Shown: in pieces, positions 53,131 through 64,000 of the stretch
Position numbering within the stretch: the first letter of the stretch is position 1
Layout: every line of letters begins with the position of its first letter
DNA from: Candidatus Eiseniibacteriota bacterium
GTDB lineage: Bacteria > Eisenbacteria > RBG-16-71-46
Length of the DNA: 64,000 nt
Reading direction: 5' to 3'
Assembly: GCA_016710095.1 (NCBI GenBank)
Contig: JADJLL010000005.1
Span: 78,354-142,353, forward strand
Notes under the pieces: generated by a model
Databases searched by the model: none
The model's input: only the letters and a program-made list of their open reading frames with translations
What the model was told of the DNA's origin: nothing
Made by a program: the position numbers and the translations under genes

Positions 53131-53272
53131 GGGGAGACGTGAAAACGCTTGCCTCCTCCGAGGGCGCTGCCTATGATGCGGCGGCCCGCCGACCAGCCCC
53201 CCGGAAGCGTCCCTCCGCGGCGCTGGAAGCTGCGGCGAGACATGAAGTTCCTACCTGTCAGGGAGTGACCGT

Positions 53273-54420
53273 ATGGACCTCACCATCCAGCAGGGCGACC
53301 TCGCGTTTGCGGTTGGCCGCGCCCTGGGATCGGTTCAGCAGAAAAGCACCCAGCCGCTGCTGAGCTGCGTGCTGTTGGAGGCCGACAGCAAGGGCCTCCG
53401 CGTCACCGGAACGGATCTCGACGAAGGCACCTCCGTGCTCGTTCCGTGCACCGTCCGGACCCCCGGCAAGTGCTGCGTGCTCGCCCGCCATTTCAACGAC
53501 GTCGTTCGCAAGATGCCGAAGGGCGCGCTGACGCTGTCCATGACCGGCAGCCAGTGCGAAGTCCGGTACGCCGACGGCAAGGGCTGGTCGCGATTCCCCG
53601 CGCAGCCGGCAGACGAATTCCCGCGCGTTCCGGACCTCAAGGGCGAGATGCGCGTCACGCTCGAGGGCGAAGTGCTCGCCCGCATGATCGATCGTTCCGC
53701 GTACGCCGCGTCCACCGAGCCCGCCCGCCCGCAGCTGAACGGCGTGTACGTGCACGGCAACGACAAGTTCATCGCCTTCGTCGCAACCGACGGCCATCGC
53801 CTCGCGCGCACGTCGCGCAAGGGCGCCTTCGGCGAGCTCTCGAAGGACGGCATCATCGTCCCGAGCCGCGTGCTGAACTCGGTCGCCAAGTTCGCGAACG
53901 AGGCCACGAGCCCGGTCGAGATGCGCATCGCCGACGCCCGCAATCACATCGGTTTCGCCACGCAGGTGGGCGAGTACCAGGTGCAGGTGTACGGACGCCT
54001 GATCGAGGGTCAGTACCCGAACTACGAGCAGGTGATTCCCAAGGACAATCCGCGCGAGCTGATCATGGCGCGCACCGACGTGATCGAGGCGGTGGACATC
54101 GTCGCTTCGCACGCGGACAGCAACACGCAGCAGATCCGGTTCTCGCTCCGCGACGGCAAGTTCTCGGTGTCGTCGGCCACCGCCGACTTCGGCGCCGGCG
54201 AACAGTCGGTCGAGGCGGAGTACAAGGGCGAGAACATGGAGATCGGGTACAACGCGAAGTACCTGCTCCAGATCCTGCGCAGCATCCCGACGGAACAGGT
54301 GACGTTCCGTCTCAAGACGGCTCTGTCGGCCGGCGTGATCGAGCCCGTGGGCGCGCTCGCCCAGACCGACGAGGACATGCTTTGCCTGATCATGCCGCTG
54401 CGTCTTCCGGACGCCGCGGG

Positions 54421-54424
<4 letters not shown>
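53273..54424 (+). CDS. dnaN: DNA polymerase III beta sliding clamp
   Basis: MDLTIQQGDLAFAVGRALGSV...three-domain clamp, 383 aa. GGGAG RBS. Confidence 0.95.
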
Positions 54425-56668
<2,244 letters not shown>

Positions 56669-56669
<1 letters not shown>

Positions 56670-57283
56670 TGCACAAGACCATTCGCACCACCGTGCTGTC
56701 GGCCGCGTTCGCGGCCCTGTTCGCCGCGGCGCCCGCGGGCGCCGTTCGCTGGATGCCCACCGACCTCACGCTCGACGCCGGCGCCTCGTTCGCCACGACG
56801 GGCAATCCGAACGGGGGAGGGGCTTCGCTCCGCGCCACGCCGCAGTGGCGTGTGACCGATCGCATGACGTTCGGCGTCGAGATCTTCGCCGACGACATCG
56901 GCACCGAGGGCGTCGAGATGCTCGACGCCAACGACGGTTCCTCGCGCGGCATCGTCGCGCAGACGCACCGCTGGGTGTACGGCGGCGCGTGGCGCGCCGA
57001 CGGCGATCTCTATGCCGGCCGCAAGTGGAAGGCCGGCGTGTCGGGCTCGTGGGGCTACTGGCGCGTCGAAGACGACATCCGCGGCGCGACGCAGGCCGCG
57101 TTCAGTGGAGTGGGTTTCGGCGGCTCGGCGCACATTCGCCGGACCGTGTCGCGCTCGCAGGATCTCGGAGTCGCCGCGGGCTACACGCGCGTCTTCGCCG
57201 ATCGCAGCGCGGCGTTCGATCGTGTGGATCGCTACGCCTGGGGCGCGCTCGAGTGGCGCTGGTCCCTGGTGAAGCCCAACTGA
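56669..57283 (+). CDS. Small secreted hypothetical protein between gyrB and gyrA
   Basis: ATG overlaps the gyrB stop. Signal peptide MHKTIRTTVLSAAFAALFAAAPAGA. Trp/Gly-rich beta-type sequence. 204 aa. Confidence 0.5.
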
Positions 57284-57360
57284 CTTCTCGCAGGACGGGC
57301 GATGGCCCGCAGGACGTGGGCCCGCAACGCGCCCGTCTCGATCAAGGAAGGTGACAGGAC

Positions 57361-59886
57361 ATGGCTCTGAACGATCGCACGAAGATCGTCGATGTGAACA
57401 TCGAAGCCGAGATGAAGACCAGCTACATCAACTACTCGATGTCGGTCATCGTCTCGCGCGCGCTGCCGGACGTCCGCGACGGCCTCAAGCCGTCGCAGCG
57501 ACGCATCCTGGTCGCGATGAACGACCTCAACCTGGCGCCCGGCCGCGGCTACCGTAAGTGCGCGAAGATCGCCGGCGACACCTCGGGTAACTACCACCCG
57601 CACGGCGAAGGCGTCGTGTACCCCACGCTCGTGCGCATGGCGCAGGACTGGGTGATGCGCTATCCGCTCGTCGACGGCCAGGGCAACTTCGGCTCGATCG
57701 ACGGCGACGCGCCGGCCGCCATGCGTTACACGGAAGCGCGACTGACCGCGCTCTCCATGGAAATGCTGGCCGATCTCGAGAAGAACACGGTCGACTTCCG
57801 CGCCAACTACGACGAGACGCGCGAGGAGCCGACGGTGCTGCCGTCGGTCGTGCCGAACCTGCTCGTGAACGGTTGCTCCGGCATCGCCGTCGGCATGGCG
57901 ACCGAAGTGCCGCCGCACAACCTGCGTGAGATCTGCGACGCGATCATCGCCGTGATCGACAAGACCGAGCTCCCGGACGAAGAGCTCGTGAAGATCGTGA
58001 AGGGTCCGGACTTCCCGACGGGCGGCATCATCTACGGCCTGCAGGGCATCGCCGACTGCTATCGCACCGGCCGCGGCATCATGAAGATCCGCGCGAAGGT
58101 GCAGGTCGAAGAGGGCAAGGGCGGCCGCATGAGCCTCGTGGCCACCGAGATCCCGTTCCAGGTGAACAAGGGATCGCTCCTCGAGAAGATCGCGCAGATG
58201 GTGCGCGACGGAAAGGTCGCGGGCATCAGCGACCTCCGTGACGAGTCCGACCGCGACGGCATGCGCATCGTGATCGAGCTCAAGAAGGACGCGAACCCGA
58301 AGGTCGTCCTGAACAACCTGTTCGTGCACACGCCGCTGCAGACGTCGATCGGCGCGATCATGCTCGCGCTCGTGGACAACCGTCCGCAGATCCTCACGCT
58401 GCGCGGCATCATCGATCAGTACATCCGGCACCGGCGCGTCGTCGTGAAGCGCCGGACCGAGTTCGACCTCGCCGAAGCCGAGCGTCGCGCCCACATCCTC
58501 GAAGGCCTCAAGATCGCGCTCGACCACCTCGACGAGGTGATCGCGCTGATCCGGCGGTCGAAGGACACGGAGACCGCGCGCGAAGGCCTCATGAGCACCT
58601 TCAAGCTCTCCGAGATCCAGGCGAGCGCGATCCTCGAAATGCGCCTCGCGCGCCTCACCGGGCTCGAGCGCGACAAGATCGAGAAGGAATACCTCGAGGT
58701 CATCCAGCTCATCGAGAAGCTGCGTTCGATCCTCGCGAGCGACAAGAAGATGCTCGCGATCATCCAGGACGAAGTGCGCCACCTCCGCGACAAGTACGGC
58801 GACGAACGCCGCACGCACATCGTCGCGGACGAAGGCGACATCAACTACGAAGACACCATCGAGCAGAAGGACATGGTGATCACGATCTCCCACGGCGGCT
58901 ACATCAAGCGCCAGGAGATCTCCGCGTACCGTGCGCAGCGTCGTGGCGGCAAGGGCATCAAGGGCACGGGCGTGAAGGACGAGGACTACATCGAGCACCT
59001 GTTCATCGCGAACACGCACGCCTACCTGCTGATCCTCACGGACAAGGGCCGCTGCTACTGGCTCAAGGTCCACGAGATCGAACAGGCCGGCCGCGCCGCG
59101 AAGGGCCGTCCGCTCGTGAACTACCTCGAAGGCATGGGCCGCGAAGAGCGCGTGCAGAGCGTCGTGCCGGTGAAGGCGTTCGACGATCAGCACTTCCTCG
59201 TCTGCGCGACCCGCAAGGGCCTCATCAAGAAGACGGTGCTGTCGGCGTACGGCAACGTGCGCAAGGCCGGCATCAACGCGGTGCTGCTCGAGGACGACGA
59301 CTCGCTCATCGAGACGATCGTCACCGACGGCACGCAGGACATCATCCTCGCCAAGAAGAAGGGCCTCGCGATCCGCTTCCACGAGGACGAAGTCCGCGCG
59401 ATGGGCCGCACGGCGTACGGCGTGAAGGCCGTGACGCTCGACGACGACGAGGACGAGGTCGTGAGCATGGTCGGCGTGATGCGCTCGGCCACGCTGCTCG
59501 CCGTGACCGAGAACGGCTACGGCAAGCGCAGCGAGATCTCCGAGTACCGCGTCTCGCACCGCGGCGGCAAGGGCATCATCACGATCAAGACCACCGAGCG
59601 GAACGGCAACGTGGTCGCGGTGAAGGAAGTCGTGGACGACGACGAGCTCATGATCATCACCCGTCAGGGCCAGATGATCCGCACGCCGGTCAAGGGCATC
59701 TCGGTGCTCGGCCGCAACACGCAGGGCGTGCGCCTGGTGAACCTGGCGGAAGCGGGAGAGGGTGGCGAGCTGCTGCCCGACGCCGTGTCCGGTGTGACGC
59801 GCGTGGTTTCGGAAGACGAGGACAACGGTTCGGCCGACGCACCCGACGCGCCCGAAGCCGAAGCCCCCGAAACGACCGAAGAGTAG
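57361..59886 (+). CDS. gyrA: DNA gyrase subunit A
   Basis: Active-site region [15 protein letters not shown]-terminal beta-pinwheel repeats and an acidic tail. 841 aa. Confidence 0.95.
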   Translation: MALNDRTKIVDVNIEAEMKTSYINYSMSVIVSRALPDVRDGLKPSQRRILVAMNDLNLAPGRGYRKCAKIAGDTSGNYHPHGEGVVYPTLVRMAQDWVMRYPLVDGQGNFGSIDGDAPAAMRYTEARLTALSMEMLADLEKNTVDFRANYDETREEPTVLPSVVPNLLVNGCSGIAVGMATEVPPHNLREICDAIIAVIDKTELPDEELVKIVKGPDFPTGGIIYGLQGIADCYRTGRGIMKIRAKVQVEEGKGGRMSLVATEIPFQVNKGSLLEKIAQMVRDGKVAGISDLRDESDRDGMRIVIELKKDANPKVVLNNLFVHTPLQTSIGAIMLALVDNRPQILTLRGIIDQYIRHRRVVVKRRTEFDLAEAERRAHILEGLKIALDHLDEVIALIRRSKDTETAREGLMSTFKLSEIQASAILEMRLARLTGLERDKIEKEYLEVIQLIEKLRSILASDKKMLAIIQDEVRHLRDKYGDERRTHIVADEGDINYEDTIEQKDMVITISHGGYIKRQEISAYRAQRRGGKGIKGTGVKDEDYIEHLFIANTHAYLLILTDKGRCYWLKVHEIEQAGRAAKGRPLVNYLEGMGREERVQSVVPVKAFDDQHFLVCATRKGLIKKTVLSAYGNVRKAGINAVLLEDDDSLIETIVTDGTQDIILAKKKGLAIRFHEDEVRAMGRTAYGVKAVTLDDDEDEVVSMVGVMRSATLLAVTENGYGKRSEISEYRVSHRGGKGIITIKTTERNGNVVAVKEVVDDDELMIITRQGQMIRTPVKGISVLGRNTQGVRLVNLAEAGEGGELLPDAVSGVTRVVSEDEDNGSADAPDAPEAEAPETTEE

Positions 59887-59894
59887 TTTTCGAA

Positions 59895-59931
59895 CGGCCG
59901 TGGTGCCTTCGGGCGCCGCGGCCGTTTTTCG
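59895..59931 (+). terminator. Rho-independent terminator after gyrA
   Basis: CGGCCGTGGTGCC ttcg GGCGCCGCGGCCG followed by TTTTTCG. Confidence 0.65.
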
Positions 59932-59992
59932 TTCCCGCTTGTGAAAACGTTCACCTGCCCGCCGCACGCGGGAGGCGTCGCCCTCGATCCGA

Positions 59993-60646
59993 ATGACCGA
60001 CCCGATGAAGCGCTTCTCCGAATCCACCATCCGCCGCCTGTCGCACTACTACCGCGTGCTCGAGGAAGTTCACGCGGAGGGGCAGCGCATGATCTCGTCG
60101 CACCTGCTGGCCGAGCGCGAGGACATCACCTCGGCACAGGTGCGCAAGGACCTGTCGTACTTCGGGTCGTTCGGCCGTCGCGGGCTCGGCTACAACGTCG
60201 AGCACCTGCGCACGGAAATCCGCGCCATCCTCGGCCTCGATCGCCGCTGGCGCGTCGCGCTCGTCGGCGCCGGCCACATCGGCGCGGCGCTGCTCGCGTA
60301 CCGCGGCTTCCGCGACCAGGGCTTCGACGTCGTCGCGGTGTTCGACTCGAGTCCCGAGCGCATCGGCAAGACGCTCGGCGACGTCGTCGTGCAGGACATC
60401 GCGAAGCTTCCCGAGTGCGAAGGCGCCGAGATGGGCGTCATCGCCACGCCCGTCCGCGCCGCACAGGAAGTCGCCGACATGCTCGTCGCCGCCGGCGTTC
60501 GCGGCATCCTCAACTTCGCGCCGCGCAAGCTGCGCGTGCCCGAGGGCATCACGCTCCGCAACGTCGACATGACGATGGAGTTCGAGAGCCTCTCGTTCGT
60601 GCTCAGCCAGACCCGCGGCAAGCCCCGGCGGCGCGCCGGAGAGTGA
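59993..60646 (+). CDS. rex: Redox-sensing transcriptional repressor Rex
   Basis: N-terminal winged helix (RLSHYYRVLEE). Rossmann GxGxxG (VALVGAGHIGAAL). Confidence 0.85.
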   Translation: MTDPMKRFSESTIRRLSHYYRVLEEVHAEGQRMISSHLLAEREDITSAQVRKDLSYFGSFGRRGLGYNVEHLRTEIRAILGLDRRWRVALVGAGHIGAALLAYRGFRDQGFDVVAVFDSSPERIGKTLGDVVVQDIAKLPECEGAEMGVIATPVRAAQEVADMLVAAGVRGILNFAPRKLRVPEGITLRNVDMTMEFESLSFVLSQTRGKPRRRAGE

Positions 60647-61530
60647 CGGCTCCCCGCAACGAAGGTCTGGCGGTCGCCGCCATGGTCGTCGCCACGCTGC
60701 TGTGGGGCGGGACGTTCGTGGCGATCCGCGACACGGTGTCGACCGTGAACCCCTCGACGCTCGTGTGCCTGCGCTTCAGCGTCGCCGCGATCCTGTTCGG
60801 GCTGCTCATTCTCCTGCGCCGCCGCTTCCCGCCGATGCGCGACCTGTTCGCGGGGTTGTTCACCGGCTTCCTCATGCTCGGCGGCTACTGGTTCCAGGCC
60901 GAAGGGCTGCGCACCGCGTCGGCCGGCAGCTCGGCGTTCCTCACGTGTGCCGGCACGCTCATGGCGGCGGTCTTCGCCTGGCCGCTCATCGGCCAGCGTC
61001 CGAACCGCGTGCTCGTCGCGGGGCTCGCGCTCGCGTTCGCCGGCTCCGCGCTGCTGTCGTTGCGTGACGGACTGCAGCTCGGACGCGGCGAGATGCTCAC
61101 GCTCGTGGGCGCGGCGATCTACTCGCTGCAGATCGTCGCGCTCGCCAAGTTCGCGCCGACCGCCGATCCGCTCGCGCTCACGTTCGGGCAGTCGGTCGTC
61201 GTCGCGGGCGTGCTGATGCCGTTCTCGGGCGACGCGATGCAGACGCTGCGCGCGTTCGACGGCGCCGCGTGGGGCCGCTTCGCCTACCTCGCGATCGCGG
61301 GCAGCACGCTCGCGCCGCTGTTCCAGGTGTGGGCGCAGAGCGCGCTCAGCGCCGGACGCATCGCGCTGCTCTTCGCGCTGGAGCCGGTGTTCGCGCTCGT
61401 CTTCGCGCTCACGATCGGCGCCGAACGGTTCGCATCGCGCTGGTGGTTCGGCGCGGCGCTGATCCTCAGCGCGGTCGTGCTCGTGGAGTGGCGGGCCGCG
61501 AAGTCCACTCGTCCGCCAGCCAGCTCGTGA
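60643..61530 (+). CDS. EamA/DMT family transporter
   Basis: GTG overlapping the rex stop (an ATG at 60682 is an alternative start). Ten TMs with two EamA repeats. Confidence 0.7.
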   Translation: MTAPRNEGLAVAAMVVATLLWGGTFVAIRDTVSTVNPSTLVCLRFSVAAILFGLLILLRRRFPPMRDLFAGLFTGFLMLGGYWFQAEGLRTASAGSSAFLTCAGTLMAAVFAWPLIGQRPNRVLVAGLALAFAGSALLSLRDGLQLGRGEMLTLVGAAIYSLQIVALAKFAPTADPLALTFGQSVVVAGVLMPFSGDAMQTLRAFDGAAWGRFAYLAIAGSTLAPLFQVWAQSALSAGRIALLFALEPVFALVFALTIGAERFASRWWFGAALILSAVVLVEWRAAKSTRPPASS

Positions 61531-62911
61531 GCCGCTCGCCGGCCTTCGCGCCGGCGCGGAACAGCGCGTAGCCGCGCCCCGTCCACTGCGAGTCGGCGAC
61601 GCGCACCTGGCGCGCGGGGAGCAACGACGCGATGCGGTCGACCACTTCGTTGCCGTAGACGTCCTCGGGGCCCTGCTGGAAGAACACCGGCGCTCGTGAC
61701 GCCGTGAGCGCCGCGACGAGCCAGCCGCGCTCGGCGCCCGAAGGCGCGGCGCCCACGAGCACGACTTCGCGCACGCGCGCGTCGTCGCGCGCCGCGAGCG
61801 CGGCGGCCATCGCGAGCGGGCCCTCCACGATCACGCACACGCGTGCCGGATTCGTGCGCATCGCCGTGGCGGCGGGCGCGATCGCCGCCGACAGGTCGAG
61901 CGCGAGGCGCTTCTGGAACGCGTCGTCCTTCGCGAGCCACGCGTGCGGGTACGGCGCCGCGGCGGAAGCCGAGGAGCGTGATCCGCGCGGGTCCACGATC
62001 GCGACCGCGACGCCGCCGCGGTACAGCTGGGCGATCAGGCTGTCGGCGTCGGCGAAGGATTCCGCCTCCGGTGAAACGACGACGAGCGCGAGCGGCGCGC
62101 CCGGCTTCGTGTGCAGCAGCCACACGCCGAGCCGCGCGCCGTCGGTGGTGCGCACGGTGAGCGCGCGCAGCGGAGCGCCGGCCGCGGAGACCGCGAGCGC
62201 GGAATCCGCTCGCCGCGCGATCGTCGCGACGGGCGCGATCGCGACGCCGCGCGCTCGCGCGAGGCGCACGAGCGCCGTGTCGCGTCCGCGCGAGGACGCG
62301 AGCGAGCGCGACAGCAGCGCCGCGCCTTCGGCCGCGTGGCCGCGCTCGAACAGCAGCGGAGCGAAGCGCGCCGTCCACAGCGACTGCTGCGGCACGGGCG
62401 TCTTCGGGTTCAGCAGGTCGGCCGGGCGGTCGAGCACCGCGCGGCAGCCGGCGTCGCGGTCGCCCGCGACCGCGGCGGCCCAGGCGGCGCGCAGGCGGAT
62501 GCTCGCGCCACGCGGCGTGCGGTCGGACGCGAACCGTTCGCGCAAGGGCTCGAGCAGGCGCGTCGCTTCGGCGCCGTCGGCGCGCGTGCCGCGCAGGAGC
62601 AGCAGGTCGGCGAGCCCGAGCGCGTCCTCGGGATTCGCGCGCACGGCGTGCGCGCGCCGGTACGCCTCGATCGCCGCGTCGCGTTCACCCGAACGCTCGT
62701 GGCTCACGCCGAGCCAGTACCAGGCTTCCGCCGCGTCGAGCGAATCGGTGGCCGCGACGGAGTCGCGATGCGCGGCGAGCTGCGCGCGCAGGTCGGCCGG
62801 ATCCTTGCCGCGATACAGCAGGTTCTGCACGGGGGAAGGCGGCAGGTAGGCGAGCGCCGCGCCGGCGGCGAACAGCGACGCGAGCAGCAACGCGGAAAGA
62901 CGGCGCTTCAT
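61466..62911 (-). CDS. Secreted TPR-containing alpha/beta-hydrolase-like hypothetical protein
   Basis: Signal peptide MKRRLSALLLASLFAAGAALA. TPR-like helices (AEAWYWLGVSHERSGERDAAIEAYRRA). C-terminal alpha/beta region. The 3' end overlaps the EamA gene by about 65 bp (convergent), so one end may be mis-set. Confidence 0.45.
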   Translation of the reverse strand: MKRRLSALLLASLFAAGAALAYLPPSPVQNLLYRGKDPADLRAQLAAHRDSVAATDSLDAAEAWYWLGVSHERSGERDAAIEAYRRAHAVRANPEDALGLADLLLLRGTRADGAEATRLLEPLRERFASDRTPRGASIRLRAAWAAAVAGDRDAGCRAVLDRPADLLNPKTPVPQQSLWTARFAPLLFERGHAAEGAALLSRSLASSRGRDTALVRLARARGVAIAPVATIARRADSALAVSAAGAPLRALTVRTTDGARLGVWLLHTKPGAPLALVVVSPEAESFADADSLIAQLYRGGVAVAIVDPRGSRSSASAAAPYPHAWLAKDDAFQKRLALDLSAAIAPAATAMRTNPARVCVIVEGPLAMAAALAARDDARVREVVLVGAAPSGAERGWLVAALTASRAPVFFQQGPEDVYGNEVVDRIASLLPARQVRVADSQWTGRGYALFRAGAKAGERLTSWLADEWTSRPATPRARPR

Positions 62912-63639
62912 TCGGCGGCTCCTTCGGTGACCATGTCGAGAAACGCGCGCTCGAGCGGGCTGTGTTCTTCGGTGCCCGCGCCCCAGTCGGCGCGCGACAG
63001 CTCACGTGCGACGCGGCCGTGGCGCAGCATCACGACGCGGTCGCACAACCGTTCGACCGTCTCGGTGACGTGGCTCGAGAACAGCACCGCGCACCCTTCG
63101 CGCGCGCGTGTGCGCAGTTCCGCCTTCGCGGCGAGCGCCGATGGCGCGTCGAATCCCTCGAGCGCTTCGTCACACAGCAGCACCTGCGGGCGGTGCAGCA
63201 CCGCGGCGATGAACGACAACTTCTTGCGCATGCCGTGCGAGTAGCCGCGCACGGGATCGTCGAGCCGGGCGCCCAGCTCGAGCGCGCCGGCGAGGGCGCG
63301 CATGCGCGCCTCCGCGGACACGGGCTCCAGCGCGCGCACGGACGACACGAACGACAGGTACTCGGCGGCGGACAGCTCTTCGTGGAACGCGGGCTCTTCG
63401 GCCGCGTAGCCGAGCGCGCGGCGCGATTCGAGCGGCGACTCCCAGACGTCGTGCCCGGCGACGCGCACACGTCCGGCGTCCGGCGGTTGCAGTCCGGCGG
63501 CGGTGCGCAGCAGCGTGCTCTTGCCCGCGCCGTTCGCGCCGAGCAGTCCGACGATCTCGCCCGGCTGCACGTCGAACGAAACTCCCGCGAGCGCGACGCG
63601 CGCGCCGTAGCGCCGTTCGAGTCCGGAGATCTCGAGCAT
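62908..63639 (-). CDS. ABC transporter ATP-binding protein
   Basis: Walker A GANGAGKST. YSHGMRKKL. LLCDEALEGFD. Confidence 0.8.
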   Translation of the reverse strand: MLEISGLERRYGARVALAGVSFDVQPGEIVGLLGANGAGKSTLLRTAAGLQPPDAGRVRVAGHDVWESPLESRRALGYAAEEPAFHEELSAAEYLSFVSSVRALEPVSAEARMRALAGALELGARLDDPVRGYSHGMRKKLSFIAAVLHRPQVLLCDEALEGFDAPSALAAKAELRTRAREGCAVLFSSHVTETVERLCDRVVMLRHGRVARELSRADWGAGTEEHSPLERAFLDMVTEGAAE

Positions 63640-64000
63640 CACACCGCCTCCGAAGTCCACCAGCGCCGCAGCCGCACGCCGGAGTGCACGAGCCCGGCGA
63701 CGAGCACCGCCCAGCCGAGCAGGGGAATCATCCAGCTCGCCATGAGCGTCACGCCGAGCCAGCCGAAGTAGAGGTTCTCCGCCGCCAGGGCGCGCGGATG
63801 CAGCGTGAGTCCGTACTGCAGCCCGAGCGCCGCGACCGCGAGTCCGCATGCGGCCCACGTGAGCGCGGTACCCACGCGCAGCGCGGGCGAGAGTCCCGAC
63901 GCGATCGCGACGTTCGCCACGATCGCGAACCCGAGCACCACCGCGATCGTCGTGAAGCGCGCGCGATACGTGTCCTTGAGCGTCAGCGGCAGCGGGCGCA
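63639..64000 (-). CDS. Partial membrane permease (C-terminal end), probably the ABC-2 partner of the downstream ATPase. Continues beyond the window.
   Basis: Hydrophobic C-terminus ...GWLGVTLMASWMIPLLGWAVLVAGLVHSGVRLRRWWTSEAV. Its stop overlaps the ATG of the ATPase gene. Confidence 0.5.
   Translation of the reverse strand, partial: RPLPLTLKDTYRARFTTIAVVLGFAIVANVAIASGLSPALRVGTALTWAACGLAVAALGLQYGLTLHPRALAAENLYFGWLGVTLMASWMIPLLGWAVLVAGLVHSGVRLRRWWTSEAV

Noticed and set aside
57232-60030. 932 aa minus-strand ORF covering gyrA
   Set aside because: Antisense of gyrA. The translation is His/Asp/Arg/Val-rich without any motifs.

Overview
High-GC (about 70%) chromosomal window from a Gram-negative (diderm) bacterium. 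Diderm evidence is OmpA-family proteins, AsmA, and several beta-barrel proteins ending in a C-terminal Phe. Coding density is high on both strands. The large ORFs that overlap real genes on the opposite strand are typical high-GC antisense artifacts and were rejected. The window spans the chromosomal replication origin: a DnaA-box cluster, then dnaA, dnaN, a DUF721/DciA-like gene, gyrB, a small secreted ORF, gyrA and rex. It also holds a complete phosphate (Pho) regulon cluster on the minus strand (OprO/P-type porin, pstS, pstC, pstA, pstB, phoU, a small unknown ORF, phoR, phoB). Other recognisable genes are a glycogen-debranching-type glucosidase, AsmA, a class A PBP, pheA, eda, mscL, map, thiL, an M16 peptidase pair, and a YbhG/HlyD-like adaptor with an ABC-2 exporter. 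I found no rRNA, tRNA, CRISPR array, transposase or integrase. I do not see a clear multi-gene novel system such as a defence island. The noteworthy items are: two tandem paralogous secreted blue-copper (cupredoxin) proteins fused to lamin-tail-like domains; two paralogous OmpA-family proteins with thrombospondin type 3 repeats, one frameshifted; an orphan globin-coupled MCP sensor; an MscL with a C-terminal Cys4 zinc-ribbon-like tail; an Ogt methyltransferase with a histone-H1-like basic tail; and three apparent frameshifts in G/C runs, which are either pseudogenes or assembly errors. All calls come from reading the translations. No database search was run.
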